In this document: positions 20,492 to 30,361 of the stretch, piece after piece
How the letters are laid out: every line of letters begins with the position of its first letter
How positions within the stretch are numbered: the stretch's first letter is position 1
Origin: a bacterium
GTDB lineage: Bacteria; CLD3; SB21
Assembly: GCA_008933615.1 (NCBI GenBank)
Contig: WBUR01000003.1
Location: 16,340-80,339, forward strand
Direction: 5' to 3'
DNA length: 64,000 nucleotides
The notes under the pieces: generated by a model
Databases searched by the model: none
What the model saw: the letters and a program-made list of their open reading frames with translations, nothing else
What the model was told of the DNA's origin: nothing
Position numbers and translations under genes: made by a program

Positions 20492-21505
20492 ATGAACGTC
20501 GCAGTAATTTTAGGCGGGACATCCAGCGAGCGCAATGTTTCTCTTGCCTCTGGAACGGCAATCGCCAAGGCGTTGAAACAGAGCGGCCATGATGTCATTC
20601 TTCTCGATCCTGCTTTTGGAAAAAACCAGAAGCTTCAACCTTTCACGCAAGTTGGCGTGACGCCGCCGGAACAAACAGAACTGGATCGTCTTCCGGCAGA
20701 GCAAGGGAAAGCGCTATTTGATCTTGTTGAAATTATTTTATCCAAGAAAATCGATATTGTATTCAATGCCTTGCACGGCGGCATTGGGGAGAACGGGATT
20801 ATCCAATCAATATTTGAAGCGGCGAAGATCAATTATACCGGATCCGGCGTGATGGCGAGCGCATTGGCGATGAATAAAGTCACATCTAAATATATATTTC
20901 AATCATGCGACGTACCGACACCGCCGTTTTTATTTTTTAAAAAAAGTACGGAGTGGACAATAGTTCGCAAGGCCATCGTCTCGGCATTTCAATTTCCGAT
21001 CGTTATAAAACCTAACGAGGAAGGCTCGACCGTTGGCTTGAGTATTGTGAAAGATGAAGAAGCCTTGGGCGCGGCGTGGGACAAAGCGATACATTACGGG
21101 CATGTATTGGTCGAAAAATATATAGCCGGTCGCGAACTGACCGTTGCAGTTCTCGGCGATCAGGCTTTGCCGGTAATTGAAATCATTCCTGAAGGCGGAT
21201 TTTATGATTACGAACATAAATATACCAAAGGCAAAACCAGCTATGTTTGTCCTGCGGATGTTACAAAGGCCATTTCTGAAAACGCAAAGAGTTTTGCCGT
21301 GAAGGCTTTTGAAGGATTGGGATGTAAAGCGTACGCCAGAGTCGATTTTCGATTGAGCGAGAATAACGAACTATACTGTCTTGAAGTCAATACCTTGCCG
21401 GGCATGACCGAGACCAGCCTCGTGCCTAAAGCGGCCAGGGCGAATGGGATGGAGTTTGAAGAATTAATACAAAACATTGTCACATTTTCATTAACCAAAA
21501 ATTAG
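20492..21505 (+). CDS. ddl: D-alanine--D-alanine ligase
   Basis: 'LGGTSSERNVSLASG', 'LHGGIGENG', 'KPNEEGSTVG', omega loop 'FYDYEHKY', 'LEVNTLPGMT'. Confidence 0.95.
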   Translation: MNVAVILGGTSSERNVSLASGTAIAKALKQSGHDVILLDPAFGKNQKLQPFTQVGVTPPEQTELDRLPAEQGKALFDLVEIILSKKIDIVFNALHGGIGENGIIQSIFEAAKINYTGSGVMASALAMNKVTSKYIFQSCDVPTPPFLFFKKSTEWTIVRKAIVSAFQFPIVIKPNEEGSTVGLSIVKDEEALGAAWDKAIHYGHVLVEKYIAGRELTVAVLGDQALPVIEIIPEGGFYDYEHKYTKGKTSYVCPADVTKAISENAKSFAVKAFEGLGCKAYARVDFRLSENNELYCLEVNTLPGMTETSLVPKAARANGMEFEELIQNIVTFSLTKN

Positions 21506-21545
21506 ACATTCAAATGTTACATTAATAATTCAGGGGAGTCAGATT

Positions 21546-22328
21546 ATGTCTTACAAAAACATCCTATTCGAAATCAAAAACAAGATCGCCTATATCACGA
21601 TCAACCGCCCGGATAAATTAAATGCGCTTAATTCGGAGACGTTCAACGAATTACACGACGCATTCATCAAAGCGAATGAAGATCAAGGCGTAGTCGGAGT
21701 CATCCTAACCGGTAGCGGTGAAAAAGCGTTTGTTGCGGGCGCGGATATTACGGAACTGGCTGTGCAGACACCGGTCACGGCAAAAGAGTTTGCTCTACGC
21801 AGCGAGGTTGTTCTGTGTTATATCGAACGCATGAGCAAACCGGTGATCGCGGCGGTGAACGGCTTTGCGCTGGGCGGCGGGTGTGAACTTACCATGGCGT
21901 GCCACATGCGCGTTGCTTCGGAGAGTGCAAAGTTCGGCCAGCCCGAAGTCAATCTCGGGCTGATCGCAGGAAACGGCGGCACGCAGCGTCTGCCGAGACT
22001 AGTTGGTAAAGGGCGCGCGATCGAACTTCTCTGCACGGGCGACATGATCTCCGCTGAAGAAGCGTATCGAATCGGGTTGGCAAATAAAATTACAAAAAAA
22101 GAAGAACTGATTTTAACCTGCGAAAAAGTATTGAACACGATCGCCTCCAAAGCGCCCGTGGCGGTGAAGCTGACGCTGGAGGCGGTGCAAAGCGGCATGG
22201 AAATGACTTTAGCCGAAGGGTTGAATTTTGAGGCGAACTTATTCGGTCTCGTTTTCTCGACAGATGATATGAAAGAAGGAACGAAAGCGTTTATCGAAAA
22301 AAGGAAAGCGGATTTCAAAGGGAAATAG
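21546..22328 (+). CDS. Enoyl-CoA hydratase / crotonase
   Basis: 'NRPDKLNALN', 'AFVAGADI', 'AVNGFALGGGCEL', 'FGQPEVNLG'. Confidence 0.93.
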   Translation: MSYKNILFEIKNKIAYITINRPDKLNALNSETFNELHDAFIKANEDQGVVGVILTGSGEKAFVAGADITELAVQTPVTAKEFALRSEVVLCYIERMSKPVIAAVNGFALGGGCELTMACHMRVASESAKFGQPEVNLGLIAGNGGTQRLPRLVGKGRAIELLCTGDMISAEEAYRIGLANKITKKEELILTCEKVLNTIASKAPVAVKLTLEAVQSGMEMTLAEGLNFEANLFGLVFSTDDMKEGTKAFIEKRKADFKGK

Positions 22329-22355
22329 CAATAAACCTAAGCTGAAAGATTTGTT

Positions 22356-22916
22356 TTGAATGTAAATATTGTCATTATATCCTTCGTTACGGTTCTTGCT
22401 GTGATCGTATCTGTCATCACAAAAAGAATTAATATCGAATGGGCGCTAAAGGCGTGGGTCAAATTGGTTTTTGTTTTCATGGCAGGGATTGGAGCCGCAA
22501 TCATCATTATGGAAAGCCGCGGCATTGATCAATTTCTCGAGATGAGAGAATGGCCGACCGTCGAAGCAAAAATAACTTCGTCGCGGGTCGAAGGACGAAG
22601 AGCATTTCATCCGGAAATTATTTATGAATATACGGTCAGCGGTGAAACATATACCGGAACAACCGATATGGGCGTCCCGGGATTTGGAACTAAAGCCAAC
22701 CGACTAAACGTTGCGTCAACGAATGTTGTTCACAATCCCGTAGGCAAAATAATTACCGTACATTACGATCCGCAAAACCCCTCTTTCTCGCAATTACGAA
22801 TTGTTCCGACCTATACGGCGTTCATTTTATTATCAGTTGCTTCGATGTTATTCGGCACGGGTTTGTGGGGAGTATTTTCTGCTTTTATAAAGAAAAAGCA
22901 GAAAATAGGTTATTGA
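22356..22916 (+). CDS. DUF3592-like membrane protein
   Basis: TM helices flanking 'WPTVEAKITSS...PEIIYEYTVSGETY...VGKIITVHYDPQNP'. Confidence 0.75.
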   Translation: MNVNIVIISFVTVLAVIVSVITKRINIEWALKAWVKLVFVFMAGIGAAIIIMESRGIDQFLEMREWPTVEAKITSSRVEGRRAFHPEIIYEYTVSGETYTGTTDMGVPGFGTKANRLNVASTNVVHNPVGKIITVHYDPQNPSFSQLRIVPTYTAFILLSVASMLFGTGLWGVFSAFIKKKQKIGY

Positions 22917-23040
22917 TTTTTAGCAAAAGCTTGTATAGATTTTCATAGTTATTCTGAGAAATCTACATGCAGTAAACATCCTGCCTTTCATTTACAAGCG
23001 TCGATTTCAATCTACATAATATCTTATACGGAGATTCAAT

Positions 23041-25143
23041 ATGAAAACGTTTACACCCGACAAGATCCGAAATATTTGTCTTGCTTCACACGGCGGCACC
23101 GGAAAAACGACGTTAGCCGAATCGATACTTTTTGTAACCGGAACCAAAAAACGATTTGGAACAGTGGATGAAGGAAGCACCGCCAGCGATTATAATGCAG
23201 ATGAGATTGAAAGAAAATTTTCCATTAATACCTCTTTGATGCATTGCGAATGGAACGGGCACAAGATCAATATTCTGGATACCCCGGGTTATGCCGATTT
23301 TAGAGGCGAAGTGAAAGGCGCGATGAGAGTAGCGGACATGGTGATCATTCCTGTCAGAGCAACGGCTTTGCTTGACGTGGGAACGGAGGTGGCCTGGGAC
23401 TATGCCGCAGAATACAATATTCCGGTGATGTTCGTTGTAAATGAACTGGACAAAGAAAATTCAAATTTCGATAAGACGTTTGATGTGATCGTCGAGCGAT
23501 TTGGAGGCGAGCGTCATTTTGTTGAAATCGGATTCCCGGTTGGCGAAGGGCGGCCGGACTTTAACAAAATATTTGACACGATCAAAACTCAATTACTCAA
23601 ATTCGAACTCGACAAATCCGGTAATTACGAAGCGCTTGACGTACCCGCGGAATTCAAAGAGCGTATGAGCAAAATGCATGAAATTCTGATCGAAGATGCC
23701 GCCGAGAGCGAAGAAAAATTCATGGAAGACTATTTTGCAACGGGTACCCTTACGGATGAGGAATTCAAAACAGGTCTGCGCGAAGGTATTTTAGCAAGAA
23801 AAATCATTCCTGTTTTCTGCACGGACGGCATTAATTCCGTAGGCATTAAGCCACTTCTTGATTTTATTGTCGATTACGGGCCGTCACCCGTTGATATGCC
23901 GGTTGCCAAGGGCCTCGGGCCCAATGGCGCATCACAAACCCGCGAATGTAAAACGGATGCTCCGTTCTCAGCATTCGTATTCAAAACGATCAGCGAACCG
24001 CATGTCGGTGAAATGTCGTTGTTTCGCGTATATTCCGGAACGGTTAAGACCGGCGATGACGTAATGAATTCCACCCGCAATGTGATGGAACGAATCGGTC
24101 AAGTGTTTCTTCTGAACGGAAAGGAACGACTGGATGTAGGACAGGTCAGCGCAGGCGATATTGCAGCCCTGGTGAAAATGAAAGACACTCACACCAACAA
24201 TTCACTGAGCGACAAAAACAAATTAGTAAGGTACGAGGAGATCAATTTTCCGGATCCGATCATCACGTTTGCTATCGTGCCGCGCGGTAAAGCCGATGAA
24301 ACGAAGATCAGCACGGGTTTGCACGCCATTCACGAAGAAGATCCCGCATTTCACTATACGTACGACGTCGAAACTCTGCAGAGTATTGTCAGCGGACAGG
24401 GCGAAATGCATTTAACCATTATTACCCAGCGACTAAAAGATCGGTTTGGCGTGGAAGTCGATTTGGTCGATGCGCGCATTCCTTTTAAAGAAACCATTCG
24501 CGGCCACGTTAAAGACGCAGAATTCAAGCATAAAAAACAATCCGGCGGCCGTGGTCAATACGGACATGTCCATCTAAAAATAGATCCGAAGCCCAGAGGA
24601 ACAGGATTTGAATTTGTGAATGATATCGTCGGCGGCGTTGTGCCCGGACGATTCATTCCGGCGGTGGAAAAGGGCGTTCACGATGCTCTCGTAAACGGCG
24701 TTATCGCGGGGTATCCGGTGATCGACGTTCAAGTCACGCTGTTTGACGGCTCGTACCACGACGTGGATTCAGACGAACTATCCTTCAAGATAGCAGGCGC
24801 TCAAGCTTTCCGGAAAGGTTTTAGAGAAGCTCATCCTATTATGTTGGAACCGATTTATGAACTCGAGGTGAAAATTCCTGAAGAGTATATGGGCGCCATC
24901 ATGGGCGATCTTTCCGGGCGACGAGGGCAAATTCAAGGTATGGAAGCGGACGGCCATTTCCAGATTGTAAAGGCAACGGTGCCATTAGCTGAAATTCAAA
25001 AATACGCGACCGTCCTGCGTTCCATGACCAGCGGGCGCGGCGGATTCAGAAAAAAATTTTCGCATTATGCGGAACTGCCGCATGAGATCGCGCACAAGAT
25101 CATTTTGGAGTATGAAGAACGGAAAGCCGCCGGAGAAAAATAA
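23041..25143 (+). CDS. fusA: Elongation factor G-like protein (EF-G2 paralog)
   Basis: 'IRNICLASHGGTGKTT', 'DTPGYADF', 'KKQSGGRGQYG', 'DGSYHDVDS'. Divergent G1 and G4 (NELD) indicate a second EF-G paralog. Confidence 0.9.
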   Translation: MKTFTPDKIRNICLASHGGTGKTTLAESILFVTGTKKRFGTVDEGSTASDYNADEIERKFSINTSLMHCEWNGHKINILDTPGYADFRGEVKGAMRVADMVIIPVRATALLDVGTEVAWDYAAEYNIPVMFVVNELDKENSNFDKTFDVIVERFGGERHFVEIGFPVGEGRPDFNKIFDTIKTQLLKFELDKSGNYEALDVPAEFKERMSKMHEILIEDAAESEEKFMEDYFATGTLTDEEFKTGLREGILARKIIPVFCTDGINSVGIKPLLDFIVDYGPSPVDMPVAKGLGPNGASQTRECKTDAPFSAFVFKTISEPHVGEMSLFRVYSGTVKTGDDVMNSTRNVMERIGQVFLLNGKERLDVGQVSAGDIAALVKMKDTHTNNSLSDKNKLVRYEEINFPDPIITFAIVPRGKADETKISTGLHAIHEEDPAFHYTYDVETLQSIVSGQGEMHLTIITQRLKDRFGVEVDLVDARIPFKETIRGHVKDAEFKHKKQSGGRGQYGHVHLKIDPKPRGTGFEFVNDIVGGVVPGRFIPAVEKGVHDALVNGVIAGYPVIDVQVTLFDGSYHDVDSDELSFKIAGAQAFRKGFREAHPIMLEPIYELEVKIPEEYMGAIMGDLSGRRGQIQGMEADGHFQIVKATVPLAEIQKYATVLRSMTSGRGGFRKKFSHYAELPHEIAHKIILEYEERKAAGEK

Positions 25144-25148
25144 ATTTC

Positions 25149-25177
25149 TTGCATTGCTTTAAACCTGATGGTATCTT
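25149..25177 (+). promoter_or_regulatory. Putative sigma70 promoter for the HIRAN gene
   Basis: TTGCAT (25149-54), 17 nt, TATCTT (25172-77), with an extended TG at 25169-70. Confidence 0.4.
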
Positions 25178-25208
25178 TTAGTAACACCGTCACTATTTGG
25201 AGTAATGA

Positions 25209-26345
25209 ATGAGGCATACGCTGCCGCAGCTTAGACTTCCCATTGTCCGTTATTATATGGTTCATTTCTACACCAATTCGCGTGTGGACGGAACTCCCCA
25301 TCGTAATATTTTTGCTTCTTTTGCTCAAACCGAATATTCGCAGGTTCTGCTGACGGAAATGTCTTTCTTTAACAAGCAGGACGTCAAGAACACACAGAAA
25401 TTTAACAGCCGGCAATCCATTCATATTGAGGATTTTGAGACGATCGCCAACATGACGATCAAACTGGATACGCAATCCTTTCTTGAAGTGGTCGTTCTTG
25501 AATACAGAGAATTACCGCCTAATATCATCATTGCCGACCTGTCTGAGGAGATCATCGAATCGTTCGAAATCATATATTTGTTTTATAAAGGCGCTATTTA
25601 TCCGGGTATTCACAAACTCGACATGATGATTGACACAGGCGTCATCGCGATGATCCCGCTGCGTGAGGTTCTCACGCGCGCGATCCCTGACAAACTGAAA
25701 GTGAACATACTGGCTGAATATCAGTTAATGAGTTTTGACCGCGATCCGAATGATTTTATCGATTTTAATCTCATTTGGTTTCTCGGCAAAATGGACCTCG
25801 AAAGCGTTGACAAATTTCTGCAGGAGGAAGAACTGCGTATGCAAGACCGGTATAGCGATTCCATGGAACCTTACGAGGAAAGCGAAGACGAAGAATCTGA
25901 GGAAGAAGAGGGATCTGATTTTGGCGAACGGGATTCACAGGAAGAACTGCAGAACGGCTTTAATACTTTAAATGAACATGATCAGACGATCAAACTGGCT
26001 CTGGAAAATGAGCTAAAGAAATTTTATTTGAACGAAGACGATTTTTTCACGCGGGTTGTCGGCGTGCGGCATTATGATTTTAATGTTTACGATCTGCCGG
26101 AAGGAACGCGCGTCGTATTGATACCTGAGCCGCACAATCAGCACGATATGTATGCCGTATCGGTCAAAACCAACGAAGGGAAAATGATTGGTTATCTAAA
26201 GCGGGAACTTTCCGAGATCATGTACCAAGAAATACAAAAAGGGGTGTTGTACCGCGCCACGATCGTAAAAGTTTTACCCGAAGCCGTTGACAGCAACAGC
26301 CGTGTGCACCTGCTCATCGAGAAAGTTATGTATCATTTCAATTAG
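25209..26345 (+). CDS. Protein with unknown N-terminal domain, acidic linker and C-terminal HIRAN domain
   Basis: C-terminal 'FFTRVVGVRHY...LIPEPHNQHDMYAVSV...IGYLKR' is the HIRAN signature. Acidic tract EESEDEESEEEEG. Confidence 0.8.
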   Translation: MRHTLPQLRLPIVRYYMVHFYTNSRVDGTPHRNIFASFAQTEYSQVLLTEMSFFNKQDVKNTQKFNSRQSIHIEDFETIANMTIKLDTQSFLEVVVLEYRELPPNIIIADLSEEIIESFEIIYLFYKGAIYPGIHKLDMMIDTGVIAMIPLREVLTRAIPDKLKVNILAEYQLMSFDRDPNDFIDFNLIWFLGKMDLESVDKFLQEEELRMQDRYSDSMEPYEESEDEESEEEEGSDFGERDSQEELQNGFNTLNEHDQTIKLALENELKKFYLNEDDFFTRVVGVRHYDFNVYDLPEGTRVVLIPEPHNQHDMYAVSVKTNEGKMIGYLKRELSEIMYQEIQKGVLYRATIVKVLPEAVDSNSRVHLLIEKVMYHFN

Positions 26346-26524
26346 TCATGTGTTTTGGCTGTTTGCCCACAGAACACACATAATAACACAGAAAAAATTC
26401 AAACCGCATACAGGAAAATGCCGGTAAAAGAAAATAATCTCTTTCGCGTTTTCGTTGGCTGGTGATTTTTAACAAGTCATTTAAATCCGGTTCGATTTTT
26501 TCCTGCCTCCATTTACAAAAATCC

Positions 26525-27439
26525 ATGCAACAGTTATTGGAACAAGCAATCCGTTATGCGAAGCCTTTTTTAGAGCAGGGTAAATTAGCTGATTATATTC
26601 CTGCATTACTCCGCGCAAACCCGCAGCATCTTGGTGTTTCTATCACAACTATGGATGGGAAACAACACAGCGCAGGCGATACAGACGAGCCGTTTTCCAT
26701 TCAAAGTATTTCAAAAATTTTATCGCTGATTTATGTTCTGAATGAACGAGGCAAAGAGAAAGTTCTGGAAAAAGTCGGCGTTGAGCCCAGCGGCAATCCA
26801 TTTTATTCACTGGTGCAGTTAGAATACGAATCAGGCAAACCGCGCAACCCATTGATCAATGCGGGCGCTATTGCAATCACGGGACTGATGGCCGGCAATT
26901 CAGCGCAGGAAAAATCGGCCGGCTTGATACAATTTTTGAATAATATTGTAGACGAATCAGACTACAAAATAAATCAGGAAATATATCGCTCGGAGTTCGA
27001 AACCAGCCACCGCAATCGCGCCGTAGGTTATTTTATGAAACACTTCGGTATGATCGACGGAGAAGTTGAAGCCGCTGTGGATGCTTATTTTCAGCAATGC
27101 TCGATCGAAATGACCTGCGCGCAATTGTCACGATTGTCGCTTTTTTTCGCGGGCGGCGGAACCGATCCGATCAGTCATAAAAAAGTAACGGATCCGGAAA
27201 ATGTAAAATGGGTTCACGCCCTGATGGCGATGTGCGGATTGTATGATGCGTCGGGGGAATTTGCCTGCACGGTCGGATTGCCAGGAAAAAGCGGCGTTGG
27301 CGGCGGAATTGTGGCCATTGTGCCGGGGAAGATGTCGATTTCGGTATTTGGCCCGGCGCTGGATGGAAAAGGAAACAGCATCGGCGGTTTGAAAATATTG
27401 GAATTTTTATCGAGAGAACTACGCTTATCGTTATTCTAA
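26525..27439 (+). CDS. glsA: Glutaminase A
   Basis: 'GKLADYIPAL', 'FSIQSISK', 'VGVEPSGNPF', 'NPLINAGA', 'VGLPGKSGVGGG'. ATG at 26525. Confidence 0.95.
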   Translation: MQQLLEQAIRYAKPFLEQGKLADYIPALLRANPQHLGVSITTMDGKQHSAGDTDEPFSIQSISKILSLIYVLNERGKEKVLEKVGVEPSGNPFYSLVQLEYESGKPRNPLINAGAIAITGLMAGNSAQEKSAGLIQFLNNIVDESDYKINQEIYRSEFETSHRNRAVGYFMKHFGMIDGEVEAAVDAYFQQCSIEMTCAQLSRLSLFFAGGGTDPISHKKVTDPENVKWVHALMAMCGLYDASGEFACTVGLPGKSGVGGGIVAIVPGKMSISVFGPALDGKGNSIGGLKILEFLSRELRLSLF

Positions 27440-27484
27440 CCACATTTTATTTATCAGTAGATCACCTCTTTCAATTAATCACAC

Positions 27485-28858
27485 ATGAAATTTCTATCCA
27501 TCGGCGGCGGAAAATTCATCGGCGCAAATTCCCACTATCTGGAAATTGACGGCATGGGATTACTTCTGGATACCGGCCTGGATCCTCATCTGGACGGAAT
27601 AGGAAGTATGCCGCGATTTGATCTCATCCAAAACAAGATTGTGGATGCAGTATTTGTTTCGCATTGCCACCATGACCACGTGGGCTCATTACCTCTTGCT
27701 ATCAGGAATTTTCCACATGCCCGGGTGTACATGAGTTATGTGTCGAGTTTTCTGTATACCACACTTTTGCATAATGCAGTTTCTGTCATGAATATTCTTA
27801 AGCATGAGAAAAATATAACTGAATATCCGCTCTATACGCATGACGATGTAGATATCATATCGTTTATTATTCAGGGAATGAAATTTGAAAAAGTGTTTAA
27901 ACTCTTCGGGCACAACAATCCGCTCGATGGAATTGACTGCAGTTGGCATCATGCGGGCCATACACTCGGCGCGGGGAGCCTTTATATTCATGCCAAGCAG
28001 GGGAGGGTCTTTTTCACCGGTGATATTTGCGCGTCGAATCAATTCCTGATTCAGGGCGCCCATTATCCAAAAAAGCCTATAGACATTCTGATTGCAGAAT
28101 GCACGATGGGAGCCAACGAAGAAACGGAAACGATCAAACGTAAGAACGAGATCAGCAAATTCACAAAAATACTGAACGAAACTTTTAATAAACGCGGATC
28201 GGTTTTGATTCCCGCCTTTGCGCTGGGTAAAACTCAGGAAATGTTATGGCTGGTCAATAACCTCAAAAAGAGAAAACTCATACCGGATGTTGATATTTTC
28301 GTTTCGGGCCTAGGCAGAGCGGTTTCCAGAATCTATGATCTGACAAGCGAACACGCCTGCCGCATCGACGATGATTTCTTTTTTGATGACATGGAATTTT
28401 CCGTGATTGATTCGCGCGACCTGCTCAAGGAGGGACTGTGGGTCAAGCGTCCGTCGGTGATCATCGCCAGTTCCGGTATGATGATCGAAAACACACCGTC
28501 GTATTGGCTTGCGTATAAAATGATGCGTGAAGCGCGTCATACGATATGTTTTGTTGGGTATACGAGTGAAGATTCACCGTCACGGGTGGTATTGGAAAGT
28601 AAACGTAACTCAAAGATCACTTTGTCGGGAATACAGGAATCAGTTGATCGAAATTGCCGAGTGGAACGCATTCACTTCAGTGGCCATTCCAACAGGACGG
28701 AGATATTACAGATGGTACAAACTTTAAATCCGTCTAAACTCGTTCTGGTACACGCGGGAAACGAAGAAGCTTTGGCTTGGACAGTGGAGAAGGTTCGGGA
28801 GGATCAGCCAAAGATGGAGATAATATGTCCTGAGGTAGGGAAGGAATACGATCTTTAA
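27485..28858 (+). CDS. Metallo-beta-lactamase / beta-CASP family ribonuclease
   Basis: 'SHCHHDHVG', 'AGHTLG', 'FTGD', 'PAFALGKTQE', 'SSGM', 'FSGHS', 'LVHA'. Confidence 0.9.
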   Translation: MKFLSIGGGKFIGANSHYLEIDGMGLLLDTGLDPHLDGIGSMPRFDLIQNKIVDAVFVSHCHHDHVGSLPLAIRNFPHARVYMSYVSSFLYTTLLHNAVSVMNILKHEKNITEYPLYTHDDVDIISFIIQGMKFEKVFKLFGHNNPLDGIDCSWHHAGHTLGAGSLYIHAKQGRVFFTGDICASNQFLIQGAHYPKKPIDILIAECTMGANEETETIKRKNEISKFTKILNETFNKRGSVLIPAFALGKTQEMLWLVNNLKKRKLIPDVDIFVSGLGRAVSRIYDLTSEHACRIDDDFFFDDMEFSVIDSRDLLKEGLWVKRPSVIIASSGMMIENTPSYWLAYKMMREARHTICFVGYTSEDSPSRVVLESKRNSKITLSGIQESVDRNCRVERIHFSGHSNRTEILQMVQTLNPSKLVLVHAGNEEALAWTVEKVREDQPKMEIICPEVGKEYDL

Positions 28859-28911
28859 TCGATCTGCATTAGTCATAAAAAAATTTATAGTACCTATAAC
28901 AGGATGAATGT

Positions 28912-29097
28912 GTTACTTTCTTTGCTTTGATGCAAAGAAAGTAACCAAAGAAAAATCAAGGCTGTAAGAAAACCACCTGAATCCGAGTTGCAAATTTGGT
29001 TGCGAAAAACAAACTCGCCCTCTTGCGAGGGCTCAAACAAGTTTTTCGCTAATATTATTTACAAACTCGGATTCCAGACGGCGGTTTTCTTAAGGCC
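28912..29097. repeat. Highly structured intergenic element (candidate ncRNA or MITE-like repeat)
   Basis: Perfect 14-bp hairpin 28912-25/28932-45 whose loop can pair with ATCAA at 28955-59. Then nested stems 28965-74/29083-92, 28979-89/29064-74, 29002-10/29041-49 and 29017-22/29027-32. Confidence 0.7.
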
Positions 29098-29269
29098 GTT
29101 AAATCCCTGAAAACTAGATAATATTTGTGAAAAACAGAATGCAAGGTAAGTTTAAATAACCGTATATTTGATTCTATGTTAGAACTTTGATAAGTTATTA
29201 CCGTGATAAACAATATGTATAAACCGAGACATTTCTCAGCGCCTTTGCGTCTCTGCGATTAAATCTACT

Positions 29270-30220
29270 ATGCGTCAACATCAGATCATAGTTGCCGGCA
29301 ATCAGCGAGCCGAAAGGCTTGACGCTTTTATTTCCCGTCAGATCGTGAATCTTTCGCGCTCACGCGTTCAGCAATTACTTGATCAGGCGATGATCGTCGT
29401 CAATCAAAAATCCGTCCCGAAATCCTACAAAATCAGGCCGCATGATGTCATCGATATCACATTGCCGATTCCAGAAAAAGTTGAAATGGAAGCCGAAAAC
29501 ATTCCGCTCAATATAGTGTTTGAGGATGCCGATATTCTGGTTGTGAATAAACCGGCCGGCATGGTCGTTCATCCGGCTTATTCCAACTGGACCGGAACGA
29601 TGGTCAACGCGCTTTTGCATCATGTTCAGGACCTGTCGGGAATCAACGGCGAGTTACGTCCGGGCATCGTACATCGCATTGACAAAGATACCAGCGGCCT
29701 TCTTCTGGTTGCAAAACATGATAAAGAGCACCGCTTTTTGAGTAATCTTTTCAAGACCCACACGATTGAGCGTGAATACTGGACGATCGTGTGGGGCAAA
29801 CTCAAGAAGAAAAAGGGTACGGTCGAAACTTTGATTGGCCGCAGTCCGAAAGACCGAAAAAAGTTTGCTGTAGTGAAGGAAGGAAAAACAGCCATAACGC
29901 ATTACGAACTCATCGCGACGTATGATTTTTTATCCCTGGTGAAACTGCACCTGGAAACCGGGCGCACGCATCAGATCAGGGTTCATATGGCACACCTCGG
30001 GCATCCTGTCTTCGGCGACAAAACGTACGGGGGTGATAATCCGAACCTTGCCGGAACTGATAAAAAGAAAAAACAAGCACTGAAAGTATTGGAACTCATG
30101 CCGCGCCAGGCTTTGCATGCAAAAACGCTGGGATTTATTCATCCGACCACCAGGAAAAAAGTCACGTTTGACTCGGAACTGCCGGAGGATTTTAAACTTG
30201 TAATTAGACAACTTGAGTAG
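29270..30220 (+). CDS. rluD: RluA/RluD family 23S rRNA pseudouridine synthase
   Basis: S4 domain 'ERLDAFI..LSRSRVQQL', 'VVNKPAGMVVHP', 'GIVHRIDKDTSG', 'ETGRTHQIRVH'. Confidence 0.92.
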   Translation: MRQHQIIVAGNQRAERLDAFISRQIVNLSRSRVQQLLDQAMIVVNQKSVPKSYKIRPHDVIDITLPIPEKVEMEAENIPLNIVFEDADILVVNKPAGMVVHPAYSNWTGTMVNALLHHVQDLSGINGELRPGIVHRIDKDTSGLLLVAKHDKEHRFLSNLFKTHTIEREYWTIVWGKLKKKKGTVETLIGRSPKDRKKFAVVKEGKTAITHYELIATYDFLSLVKLHLETGRTHQIRVHMAHLGHPVFGDKTYGGDNPNLAGTDKKKKQALKVLELMPRQALHAKTLGFIHPTTRKKVTFDSELPEDFKLVIRQLE

Positions 30221-30361
30221 TTCAGGGCTTTTATGACGGACAAATAATTATCGTTGTTAAAAAACACTAAATTGATATGAATTATCAATCAAAACATACG
30301 CCGAATTGTATAATATAGTTCGTAAAGATAGTTATAATAGCCAAGGTGCAAAAACAAAAAT

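Noticed and set aside
20492..21505. Possible Van-type D-Ala-D-Lac ligase
   Set aside because: The omega loop FYDYEHKY has the Tyr of D-Ala-D-Ala ligases, and there are no van genes nearby.
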